DNA of 64,000 nt from an uncultured virus (IMG/VR IMGVR_UViG_3300042445_002563). Lineage: Duplodnaviria; Heunggongvirae; Uroviricota; Caudoviricetes. A program made the position numbers and the translations under genes. The DNA is taken from the IMG/VR virus record IMGVR_UViG_3300042445_002563; one strand, written 5' to 3'. The notes beneath the pieces are model-generated. The model had not been told where the DNA came from, did no database searches, and saw only the letters and a program-made list of their open reading frames with translations. Every line of letters begins with the position of its first letter. Position 1 is the first letter of the stretch. Positions 56,078 to 64,000 of this stretch are shown here, in pieces.

Positions 56078-56104
56078 AGTGGCAGCAATTTCGCTGCCAC
56101 TTTA
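56078..56104 (+). terminator. Hairpin between hsp20 and clpS (terminator or leader stem)
   Basis: AGTGGCAGC-aatttc-GCTGCCACT followed by TTT; TAAATA immediately upstream. Confidence 0.55.
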
Positions 56105-56119
56105 TCAAGGAAAGTAACA

Positions 56120-56428
56120 ATGCCTCAATCAGATATCCGCACACGCATCAAACCACTAGAAGCTGTAAAAGAACCCCCAATGTACCGCGTGGTTTATTTG
56201 AATGACAATCAAACTTCATCAGAGTTTGTGGTTGAAAGTTTGATGGAGCATTTTGATTATACTGCCGAAACAGCGGATCAAATCACAATTGACATTCACG
56301 AATCTGGCTCAGCTGTGGTAGCTGTGTTGCCCTACGAAATTGCCGAACAAAAAGGCGTAGAAGTGACCATGCTGGCTCGAGCACAAAGTTATCCTTTGCA
56401 GATCAAACTAGAACCTGAATCAAATTAA
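56120..56428 (+). CDS. clpS: ClpS N-degron adaptor
   Basis: PPMYRVVYLND..T..EFVV, IH..G, EIAEQK and YPL. Confidence 0.9.
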   Translation: MPQSDIRTRIKPLEAVKEPPMYRVVYLNDNQTSSEFVVESLMEHFDYTAETADQITIDIHESGSAVVAVLPYEIAEQKGVEVTMLARAQSYPLQIKLEPESN

Positions 56429-57216
56429 TAGTTAATCACAATACGCTTTGGGTAGTACACCTGCTGTGAATAAGTTGTGTCTCCCCGACCTCTGCAGTTG
56501 TTGACAAATCTAACTCCGCTACGAACTTGATCCACAGATCCATGATAGTGCCCAAAACACCAGGTGTGAATCTTTTTTTCAGTGTCAGCACCTAGTGCCT
56601 GCATCATGTATCGGTTGCCCGCAGTGTTCATTCTTGAAGATCCTACTAGATCAATGTCGTGCGCAACCAAGGCAGGATCAGGTACTGTGTGAGTAACCAC
56701 GATGATTTTTTTAACATCAGGATGTGTTTGCAATCGTTTGATACTGGTATTCATGTACAGAGCATCGCTTACAGCCATTTGTGCAATGGATCGAACAGTT
56801 GCTACGTCAAGGTCATGACGCTCGGCATACCATAGCATGGCGTCAGCTGAATCAATGGATGAGTCAAAGTCAAATGCCCACCACCCGGAAGTGCCCACAA
56901 TAGCAACACCGTCGATCACAACCACATTGTCTTGCAAGTACACCACATTGGGTATGAGTTCAATTTGTTGACTCAGATACTGATAACTAAAATCCAGCTG
57001 TGTGATATAATTTTTGTGTTCATCATTGCCGTCTATGTAAAAAACAGCTCGATAGCAGGTTCCTAGATGTTTGAGAGTTTTTAACAACAATGCTTGATCT
57101 TTGCACACATCACCGGCCACAATACACACAGGACTAGTGGCCTGAGCTGTCCAGTCAAAAGATTCAGGCCAGGTTTCAATGTGTAGATCAGAAATTAAAT
57201 CAAAAGCAAATTGCAT
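56425..57216 (-). CDS. Calcineurin-like metallophosphoesterase
   Basis: SDLH, AGD, GN.EH, THTVP and FGHYH. Confidence 0.85.
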   Translation of the reverse strand: MQFAFDLISDLHIETWPESFDWTAQATSPVCIVAGDVCKDQALLLKTLKHLGTCYRAVFYIDGNDEHKNYITQLDFSYQYLSQQIELIPNVVYLQDNVVVIDGVAIVGTSGWWAFDFDSSIDSADAMLWYAERHDLDVATVRSIAQMAVSDALYMNTSIKRLQTHPDVKKIIVVTHTVPDPALVAHDIDLVGSSRMNTAGNRYMMQALGADTEKKIHTWCFGHYHGSVDQVRSGVRFVNNCRGRGDTTYSQQVYYPKRIVINY

Positions 57217-57240
57217 GATACATATTTAAAAGGAAAACAC

Positions 57241-57594
57241 ATGAACATTATATTTGGAGACTCAATCAATCAAATTCCCAACAGTTTTACTGTGCTGGAA
57301 CTGGACACATTCCGTATGATCAACGAAGGTCGTAACGCCACCGCATATTGCGTGATTGAAAAAATTCCCTTGACTGATTTTGACAAGCTGACAGCCTACA
57401 AAAAAGTACATAGTGATCTCCTGGAGAACTATCGCAGACGCGAATGGACCTATTGTGAGCATGCTATTGAAGGCCTTATGGGCAAGTGGAACAACGAACT
57501 AGATTCTTTTTATTCTGACCTGTTGTTACGAGTACAGACATATCGTCAAAATCCCCCTGGAGACGAATGGGATGGCACTAGAGTCAAGATTTAA
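57241..57594 (+). CDS. Hypothetical protein resembling the C-terminal tail of class III adenylate cyclases
   Basis: ELD...Y....W..C...L...DSFY...R...Y..NPP..EWDG; AAAGGA RBS. Confidence 0.5.
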   Translation: MNIIFGDSINQIPNSFTVLELDTFRMINEGRNATAYCVIEKIPLTDFDKLTAYKKVHSDLLENYRRREWTYCEHAIEGLMGKWNNELDSFYSDLLLRVQTYRQNPPGDEWDGTRVKI

Positions 57595-58873
57595 CGTTAG
57601 AATGTTTTAGTAATTCTTTTGTTCTTTCATATTGTGCCAGAGTCGCCCAGGATGGCCTCCATTGAGGATGGTATTTAGATTCTAAATATTGAAATTTAAT
57701 TCCGGTTGTGTAATTGTTCATTTCTGTAATTCCTTGATTTAAATTTTGTTGATATTCAAGAATAACCTGTTGTTGAAATTCTTTACTAAAGAATCTTTTG
57801 TGATTGTGTTCGCATACTTCTTGCATTTTTTTATACATGATTTCTTTTTGTGCGCCTGGCATAGTTGCAATTGATTTCATTAGATCAACAATTGCAACAA
57901 GCCTTTGTGCTGGATCCTGAATATTGTCATAATCTTCGTCGATAATATTCTCAAATGTCTGAAAGCCGTAACTTTGCAAATATGCTAGACTTCCTGGTGT
58001 AGATACCAAAATAAACGGCTGTCCACAAGCTATTGGTCTCAATATTTTTTCAGTAAGATGCCATCTAGTGTCGTCAAACAATGTTTCTAAAACAATTTCT
58101 ATGCCGCATGTTTGATAATCCTCACCTGCATAATCAGCGCTGGCTGAGCTTGGTGTTAAGTTGTTTTCAAAGAAATCTTCAAGATCAAATCTTGAAATAG
58201 ACAACGTGGGATTTTTGAATTGATGAGATTGATAATGGTAATTTTGATCTGTATCACTGAATGACATCTTGCATTTTTCAGCCAGATCATAGTTAACGAT
58301 TAACTCAGTAAACCTTAACCGATATTCCCTGACCCCAGACCAAGCTCTGTTATACACCAGGAAGTCTTTTGTTATTGATTTGTTTTTTAATAACGGGTCT
58401 ATTTCTGCGTATCTGAACCAGTCTCTTGCAATAATAGCATGACTCCAGAGATACACCGGAACAAACTCATTAGATTGATATTTTAAAACCTCGTTACTAT
58501 TTTTTTCTGAGTGTAATATTAAGGTACGGTCATAAACAGATGGTGGTCCTATTATACGTAACATGAATTCTTTAGCTGTTTTTGAGCTGGTCTCCATGTA
58601 AATTTCAAACTCGGGGGAGTTTGTAGTAAATGGGCAAGAATTTTTTATAAAATTGATTATGTCAGATTCTGAATAGTAATTGTAATCCAATGGTTCTTGA
58701 TCGTGACATATCATGGCAGGAATGTTGGGCCACAAATCTGATTTGTCGTAACTTTTTAACATGGTTAGATTGTTGAGATTTCTTGAGCCATGAGGATTCC
58801 AACGATAAATTAATAAGTTATGATTACTGATGCTGTCTAAAAAATTGTATAATCTATCTAAAGGAATTGACAT
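57584..58873 (-). CDS. Putative glycosyltransferase-like protein (ET...TEK..RP family)
   Basis: VLETLF...HLTEKILRP...GFQTFENIIDEDYD; paralogue of 34765..35868. Confidence 0.5.
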   Translation of the reverse strand: MSIPLDRLYNFLDSISNHNLLIYRWNPHGSRNLNNLTMLKSYDKSDLWPNIPAMICHDQEPLDYNYYSESDIINFIKNSCPFTTNSPEFEIYMETSSKTAKEFMLRIIGPPSVYDRTLILHSEKNSNEVLKYQSNEFVPVYLWSHAIIARDWFRYAEIDPLLKNKSITKDFLVYNRAWSGVREYRLRFTELIVNYDLAEKCKMSFSDTDQNYHYQSHQFKNPTLSISRFDLEDFFENNLTPSSASADYAGEDYQTCGIEIVLETLFDDTRWHLTEKILRPIACGQPFILVSTPGSLAYLQSYGFQTFENIIDEDYDNIQDPAQRLVAIVDLMKSIATMPGAQKEIMYKKMQEVCEHNHKRFFSKEFQQQVILEYQQNLNQGITEMNNYTTGIKFQYLESKYHPQWRPSWATLAQYERTKELLKHSNVKS

Positions 58874-58876
58874 CGA

Positions 58877-60127
58877 ATGAAAAATGTTGGATTTATTGGT
58901 CTCGGCAAGTTAGGGCTTGAATGTGCCGAAGTGTTTGCTGAATATTATACTGTGTACGGATATGATATTTACCCAAGATCAAGTGACCTTGTTAAAGTTT
59001 GCGATGTGCAGCAAGTAATAGAATCATGTGAATGGATTTTTGTGGCAGTGCCTACTCCGCATGCTGACGGTTATGACGGATCAGTTCCGTCAAGCCACAT
59101 GTGTCCGCAAGATTTTGGTCACCACGCGGTAATTGATGCGCTGGAAAAAATCAATGCCTATGCTGACTCTCCAAAAAAAGTTGTGCTGATCAGCACAGTG
59201 CTTCCTGGTACTACTAGAAAACACTTTGCAACACTATTAGATCCCAAACACACATTCTTATATAACCCCTATCTTATTGCCATGGGATCGGTTAAGTGGG
59301 ACATGGTCAACCCTGAGATGGTCATGATTGGTTCAGACACCGGAGCAGGCACAGAAATACAGGAACTAGTGGAGTTATATCAGTCCATGATGAAAAATTC
59401 GCCACGCTATGTGACAGGCACCTGGGAAGAATGTGAAGCTATTAAGATCTTCTACAATACATTTATTTCAGCCAAAGTGGGCATAGTAAACATGATTCAA
59501 GACTTTGCGGTCAAGATTGGTAACATCAATGTGGATGTGGTTACCGATGCACTGGCTGCCAGCACCATGCGGATCATGGGACCTAAATACATGACCGCGG
59601 GCATGGGCGATGCAGGTGCTTGCCATCCGCGTGACAACATTGCTCTACGCTGGTTGGCCAAAGAATACAATATTGGCTATGACTTGTTTGACACCATCAT
59701 GCGGGCTCGAGAACAGCAAGCTCGCAACCTTGCTCAGTTTTTGTTTGACACTGCACTACAGGATGGAAAGGCTTTTGGTCTTTTGCCCATAGTGATTCAT
59801 GGCAAAGCCTACAAGCCCAACGTGCCTTACTGTATTGGCAGCTACAGCACCTTGGTTGGACACTACTTGAAAGAGCTAGGAGTCCTGGTTAAATATGTTG
59901 ACCCATTGGCAGATGACCGCACAGATTGTGTAACATCGTTTGATCAGCCAGCAGTGATTCTTATGGCACACAATCGCAACATCACATATGGCTACACAGG
60001 TGTACAAGCAACAGATCCAGACTACTTTGAATTTGTTCAAGGCAGCATCATTGTTGATCCGTTCCGACAAGAAGCAAATCGAACAGGCATGACAGTAATA
60101 CATTATGGCAACACACGCAGTCTCTAA
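58877..60127 (+). CDS. UDP-glucose/GDP-mannose dehydrogenase family protein
   Basis: GLGKLG, AVPTP, STVLPGT, K..YN, G..GACHPRD and G.AYKP. Confidence 0.9.
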   Translation: MKNVGFIGLGKLGLECAEVFAEYYTVYGYDIYPRSSDLVKVCDVQQVIESCEWIFVAVPTPHADGYDGSVPSSHMCPQDFGHHAVIDALEKINAYADSPKKVVLISTVLPGTTRKHFATLLDPKHTFLYNPYLIAMGSVKWDMVNPEMVMIGSDTGAGTEIQELVELYQSMMKNSPRYVTGTWEECEAIKIFYNTFISAKVGIVNMIQDFAVKIGNINVDVVTDALAASTMRIMGPKYMTAGMGDAGACHPRDNIALRWLAKEYNIGYDLFDTIMRAREQQARNLAQFLFDTALQDGKAFGLLPIVIHGKAYKPNVPYCIGSYSTLVGHYLKELGVLVKYVDPLADDRTDCVTSFDQPAVILMAHNRNITYGYTGVQATDPDYFEFVQGSIIVDPFRQEANRTGMTVIHYGNTRSL

Positions 60128-60629
60128 ATATCATATTCCTGCATTTTGGGATGATGAATTCCTGGACCTTGAATATATCAATGAAACATTCAACGACAAT
60201 GAATCAATTGAACATTGGTTGGCACAAGGATTTTCAAGCAAGTTCACAGGCGACATGTGCGACATGCGTAGTGCACAACCCAGCTGGAACCAAACTATCA
60301 TTGAAGTGTTCACCCAGCTGGGATGGCAAGATATTGGCACCAGTTACTACAGAATGATGCCAGGAACAATTTTGCCCACACACCAAGATCTTTACAAAAA
60401 ATACATTGACATATTTGATCTGCAAGGTCAGGAACACACCATTTGCCGAGCTGTGATATTTTTACAGGATTGGCAACCTGGACACTACTTGGAGGCCATG
60501 GACGAACCTGTGGTCAAGTGGCGTGCGGGTGATGTGATAGAATGGTGTTATGACACTCCACACATGGCAGCCAACATGGGTGCCACAGTCAGGTACACGT
60601 TACAAGTTACTGGACATGTGCCCAAATGA
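60105..60629 (+). CDS. Fe(II)/2OG-type oxygenase (cupin fold)
   Basis: PG..LPTHQD (HxD), distal H.AAN and R.TLQ.TG. Confidence 0.7.
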   Translation: MATHAVSKYHIPAFWDDEFLDLEYINETFNDNESIEHWLAQGFSSKFTGDMCDMRSAQPSWNQTIIEVFTQLGWQDIGTSYYRMMPGTILPTHQDLYKKYIDIFDLQGQEHTICRAVIFLQDWQPGHYLEAMDEPVVKWRAGDVIEWCYDTPHMAANMGATVRYTLQVTGHVPK

Positions 60630-61549
60630 TCTCCAGCTACAACGAATACAGCACACTAAAACGCATTGTGGTAGGTGACGCTGCCTATGCCAACTGGCCC
60701 ACAAAGGATCCTGTGTTTAGATCCGAAGCTGAACGCACACTGTGGAAACATACACCATTACCCAGCGGACCAGTGCCCGAGCACATTATACAGGAAACCA
60801 ATCAAGACCTACAAGGCTTGTGCAGCATTTTGACCATGCATGGTGTGGAAGTTGTGCGTCCCAGTACATTTGACTTTCAAACCCATGATGGGCTGTACAA
60901 CTATTGCCCACGTGATCGATTTATTGTGTATGGTTCTATCATAATTGATCCTGCCATGATGTATCCTTGCCGTGATCAAGAATACCAGTGTTATATAGAC
61001 ATACTTGAAGATGCTGATCAGATCATTCACATGCCTCGAGACTCAGGTATGGTGCTGGACGCTGCTAATGTGCTGAGAGTAGATCAGCACCGATGGTTAT
61101 TTTTGGAATCTGCTAGCGGCAATCGAGCTGCTTACGAGTGGCTATGTGCACAATTGCCCGAGGTAGATATTGAACTGTGTAACTTTTATTCTGGAGTACA
61201 TATTGATTCAACAATAGTGGCACTGAATGCAGATCAATTTGTTGTTAATGGCAGCAGACTAGATCGGAATAGAAAAGATCTACCACGACATCTCAAGGGA
61301 AAAGAGATATTTTTTGTTGAAGAAGTAATAGCGCAAGGATTTTACGAATATCCGTATGCATCAAAATGGATTGCACTCAACATGTTGAGCATTGATCCTA
61401 AAACCGTCATAGTTGATGCCAAACAGGAAGCCATGATACAGGCGCTAGAACAAGGTATGGGCATGACGGTTATACCCCTGGAACTGCGTCACAGCAGGAC
61501 TCTAGGCGGGGGATTCCACTGTGTAACGCTTGATTTGGTACGATGTTAA
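60626..61549 (+). CDS. Amidinotransferase
   Basis: CPRD, DAAN, HIDST and LGGGFHCVT (Asp-His-Cys triad). Confidence 0.9.
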   Translation: MISSYNEYSTLKRIVVGDAAYANWPTKDPVFRSEAERTLWKHTPLPSGPVPEHIIQETNQDLQGLCSILTMHGVEVVRPSTFDFQTHDGLYNYCPRDRFIVYGSIIIDPAMMYPCRDQEYQCYIDILEDADQIIHMPRDSGMVLDAANVLRVDQHRWLFLESASGNRAAYEWLCAQLPEVDIELCNFYSGVHIDSTIVALNADQFVVNGSRLDRNRKDLPRHLKGKEIFFVEEVIAQGFYEYPYASKWIALNMLSIDPKTVIVDAKQEAMIQALEQGMGMTVIPLELRHSRTLGGGFHCVTLDLVRC

Positions 61550-61833
61550 CCGGATTCAACTTGGCCAGTAGCTACACCATCACTGTTTGATAACACATAA
61601 TTAACAAATGTTTCAGCCGCTTCTTGTGTGTGCCAGCCGCGTTTGACTTCTACAGATGTTTGGTCAGTATTTGCAGTTATGTTTGCTGCATTTTCGTATC
61701 CTGGCATCAAGTCCCCGCCAAGACCGTTGTCAATCATTTCTTGTGCTTTGATTTGAATATCTCTTAAAATATTCAAATTTGCTGAATTAGTCCTAACTGC
61801 CTCAACCGAATATGTAACTACAGATATCCACAT
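61546..61833 (-). CDS. Hypothetical protein
   Basis: AAGGAG RBS and TAAATA upstream on the minus strand. Confidence 0.65.
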   Translation of the reverse strand: MWISVVTYSVEAVRTNSANLNILRDIQIKAQEMIDNGLGGDLMPGYENAANITANTDQTSVEVKRGWHTQEAAETFVNYVLSNSDGVATGQVESG

Positions 61834-61870
61834 AAAAACTCCTTTTTTTTATTTATGAACAGCTACTGAT

Positions 61871-61899
61871 TTGACATTATTCCAGATGTGTTGTATAAT
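61871..61899 (+). promoter_or_regulatory. Perfect sigma70 promoter, probably giving a leaderless uvsE mRNA
   Basis: TTGACA 61871, N17, TATAAT 61894; ATG at 61906. Confidence 0.85.
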
Positions 61900-61905
61900 A
61901 CAAGC

Positions 61906-62934
61906 ATGATTACACCTAAGATTGGTTTTTGTTGCAAATGGCTAAATGATCCGAGCGAATGTGGCGGCATGAAAGTCAATGCAGTGGACCGTGAACTAAA
62001 CGGCCGATCAACCACCATGCGCTGGCTTCGCGAACATGCAGACGAAGCTGAACAACGGCAATGGGACATAATGAATCACAATGCTGCCGCAGCAGTAAAA
62101 ATGATTGAACGAGTGGCCACGCTACCTCCCGAACGCAGAATGGTGCGCCTGGGTAGTGAAATGCTGCAAGGATATACTGAAGCCAGCTGGATTGACTGGT
62201 GGCAGCGAACAGAGATACAAGATCATCTGGCCCGTATTTTTGCTCCTGTTGGCGAAACTGCCCGCAGACTGGGTGTGCGACTCAGCTTCCATCCCGGACA
62301 GTTCTGTGTGCTGGCCAGTGAGTCGGATGAAATTGTAGAACGCAGTATCCTGGAATTTGAGTATCATGCAGACATGGCCCGTTGGATGGGCTATGGAAAA
62401 ACCTGGCATGATCATGGTTTTAAAATCAACGTACATTTGTCGGGTAAAGGTGGTCCCGACAAGTTTTTGCGCACACTGGGTCGACTGACTCCTGAAGCGC
62501 GAAATCTAATTACCATCGAGAATGATGAGATGACAAATGGGATTGATACTACTTTGCTTGTGGCTGAGCATGTTGCTCTTGTGCTGGATGTACACCACCA
62601 CTGGATCAACTCGGGGGAATACATCACCCCCACTGACTCTCGTACAATGCGGGTTATTGAGTCTTGGCGTGGTCAGCGTCCTGCTCTTCACTACTCTGTT
62701 AGTCGTGAAGATATTTTGGTTGGGCATGATCGAAGCGTTCGACCAGACCTTTCTGAACTTCTTGATCGAGGTTTTAAAAAGCAAAAGCTCCGCGCACATA
62801 GTGACTTCATGTGGAATGATGCCTGCAACAAATGGGTAGTGGGGTTTGCTGACAATTTTGACATTCAGTGCGAAGCCAAGGGCAAGAATCTAGCATCCAT
62901 GCAGGTGTACGAGCACTACAAACAACTAGCATGA
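61906..62934 (+). CDS. uvsE: UV damage endonuclease UvsE
   Basis: IGFCC, RLSFHPGQF, INVH, IENDE, LDVHHH, H.S, AHSD and EAK.K. Confidence 0.92.
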   Translation: MITPKIGFCCKWLNDPSECGGMKVNAVDRELNGRSTTMRWLREHADEAEQRQWDIMNHNAAAAVKMIERVATLPPERRMVRLGSEMLQGYTEASWIDWWQRTEIQDHLARIFAPVGETARRLGVRLSFHPGQFCVLASESDEIVERSILEFEYHADMARWMGYGKTWHDHGFKINVHLSGKGGPDKFLRTLGRLTPEARNLITIENDEMTNGIDTTLLVAEHVALVLDVHHHWINSGEYITPTDSRTMRVIESWRGQRPALHYSVSREDILVGHDRSVRPDLSELLDRGFKKQKLRAHSDFMWNDACNKWVVGFADNFDIQCEAKGKNLASMQVYEHYKQLA

Positions 62935-63221
62935 ACATAATTCTCAAAGATATTTTTACCTGGATACATGATGATTACAAAACTAACAGATTCCGTTTTG
63001 TCGTGGAAGTACTTGCTTGGGCTATCAGTATTGGCTGTAGCATTACGATGGCTGCCACTGTACCCACTCCCCCTTTACTTGCTATGTATCCTATTTGGAT
63101 TCTTGGTTGTGCTATGTACGCTTGGGCTAGTTGGACTCGCAAATCGTTTGGTATGTTGGCTAACTACATCCTGCTGGTGACCATTGACAGTGTTGGCTTG
63201 ATCAGGATGCTGACACAATAA
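62931..63221 (+). CDS. Small membrane protein
   Basis: Three hydrophobic segments; probable start 62931, overlapping the uvsE stop. Confidence 0.7.
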   Translation: MNIILKDIFTWIHDDYKTNRFRFVVEVLAWAISIGCSITMAATVPTPPLLAMYPIWILGCAMYAWASWTRKSFGMLANYILLVTIDSVGLIRMLTQ

Positions 63222-63245
63222 TTTTACAAACGCGATCTCTGACTA

Positions 63246-63740
63246 TCAGCTGCCGCAACCTACCAATTTACAGTATTTGACAAATTCGTAGGTTCCCCAT
63301 ATGGTTCCCAATACCATTATTATTAGCAGTGTTGCTAGTAATACTGTTTCTATTAGATCTTCAAGTTCTTTTTTGTGACGGGCTGCTGCTTCTTTTTCAC
63401 GACGAATAGCATGTGCTTCATCCGCATCCATGGCAGCGGAGCGTGATTTGATCTTGTTCCAGACGTCTACCTTGCCTGCTTGCATGAACAGCAGTTGCAA
63501 CTCGTCTTCAAATCGTTTGGCCTGATCCAGAGCCATCTCAATCTGGATGGCTGTGCCCATACTGGATTTTTTACCACTGTTTTTGGATTCCACCATGGCC
63601 TTGGATGCAGTGCTCTTGGCGTCAAAGTATTTGCCCAGCACTGGTCCCAAGGACGCTACATCGTCCACAGTCTTGGATACTTTTTTAATCAATGCAACAG
63701 CAGCTTGTATGCCGGCCAGTGCGGTTAGCGGATCAATCAT
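63246..63740 (-). CDS. Hypothetical membrane-anchored coiled-coil protein
   Basis: MIDPLTA N-terminus, C-terminal TM helix. Confidence 0.7.
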   Translation of the reverse strand: MIDPLTALAGIQAAVALIKKVSKTVDDVASLGPVLGKYFDAKSTASKAMVESKNSGKKSSMGTAIQIEMALDQAKRFEDELQLLFMQAGKVDVWNKIKSRSAAMDADEAHAIRREKEAAARHKKELEDLIETVLLATLLIIMVLGTIWGTYEFVKYCKLVGCGS

Positions 63741-63973
63741 TTTAGTTCTTTTCTTCCTTCTAATTTACATATTTCTTTGTGCAATCGATTGGAGCAATCT
63801 TTCTTTTGCCATTCCACGCAAACTACTCGACGATCATATACATCGCCCGTCCAGGTCCATCTAACACATGCCCATGTGTAGTCCGTGGCTTTTTCAGTAT
63901 CTTTTTTGGTTTGAGCACCTGAATTCAACATGCCCAAACATACCACAACAATAAACACCACAGTTTTGATCAC
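63737..63973 (-). CDS. Small exported Cys-containing protein
   Basis: Hydrophobic N-terminus; CVRWTWTGDVY.R.V.C.EW; start uncertain. Confidence 0.55.
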   Translation of the reverse strand: MIKTVVFIVVVCLGMLNSGAQTKKDTEKATDYTWACVRWTWTGDVYDRRVVCVEWQKKDCSNRLHKEICKLEGRKELK

Positions 63974-64000
63974 AAAAAAGCCTCATGCAGTATTTACATA

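Noticed and set aside
1..64000. Alternative genetic code (stop-codon reassignment)
   Set aside because: Core genes are full length under the standard code, and TAA, TAG and TGA all end genes normally.

Overview
This 64 kb window is densely coding and belongs to a large T4-like (myovirus) bacteriophage. The porin, IscU/IscA, ClpX and class Ia RNR suggest a betaproteobacterial host (inference). Layout from start to end: uvsY; an 11 kb glycan-synthesis island (cytidylyltransferase, glycosyltransferases, four KpsS-like paralogues, four methyltransferases, a radical SAM enzyme); a phage porin; an array of small early genes, nearly each behind a near-identical sigma70 promoter+leader+RBS cassette (more copies near 46.6-47.1 kb); replication genes (UvsW-like helicase, a 192-aa mini-DnaE, primase, DnaB-like helicase, exonuclease, DNA ligase); virion and baseplate genes (PAAR); iscU-iscA; nrdA/nrdB/glutaredoxin; a RelA/SpoT-type HD hydrolase; peroxiredoxin; clpX-hsp20-clpS; a UDP-glucose dehydrogenase/oxygenase/amidinotransferase cluster; and uvsE. 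The most striking unexplained signals are: (1) a ~257-nt highly base-paired, possibly bistable RNA starting right at a perfect sigma70 promoter (52086-52342); (2) the repeated promoter cassettes, whose -35 box often supplies the upstream stop codon; (3) a miniature family-C polymerase with all three catalytic aspartates; (4) a nucleotidyltransferase-ligase fusion and an alarmone hydrolase with capsid-targeting-like N-termini; (5) a ROSE-like thermometer before hsp20. I recognised no tRNA, rRNA, CRISPR array or transposase. All assignments come from reading motifs by eye; no searches or folding programs were run.
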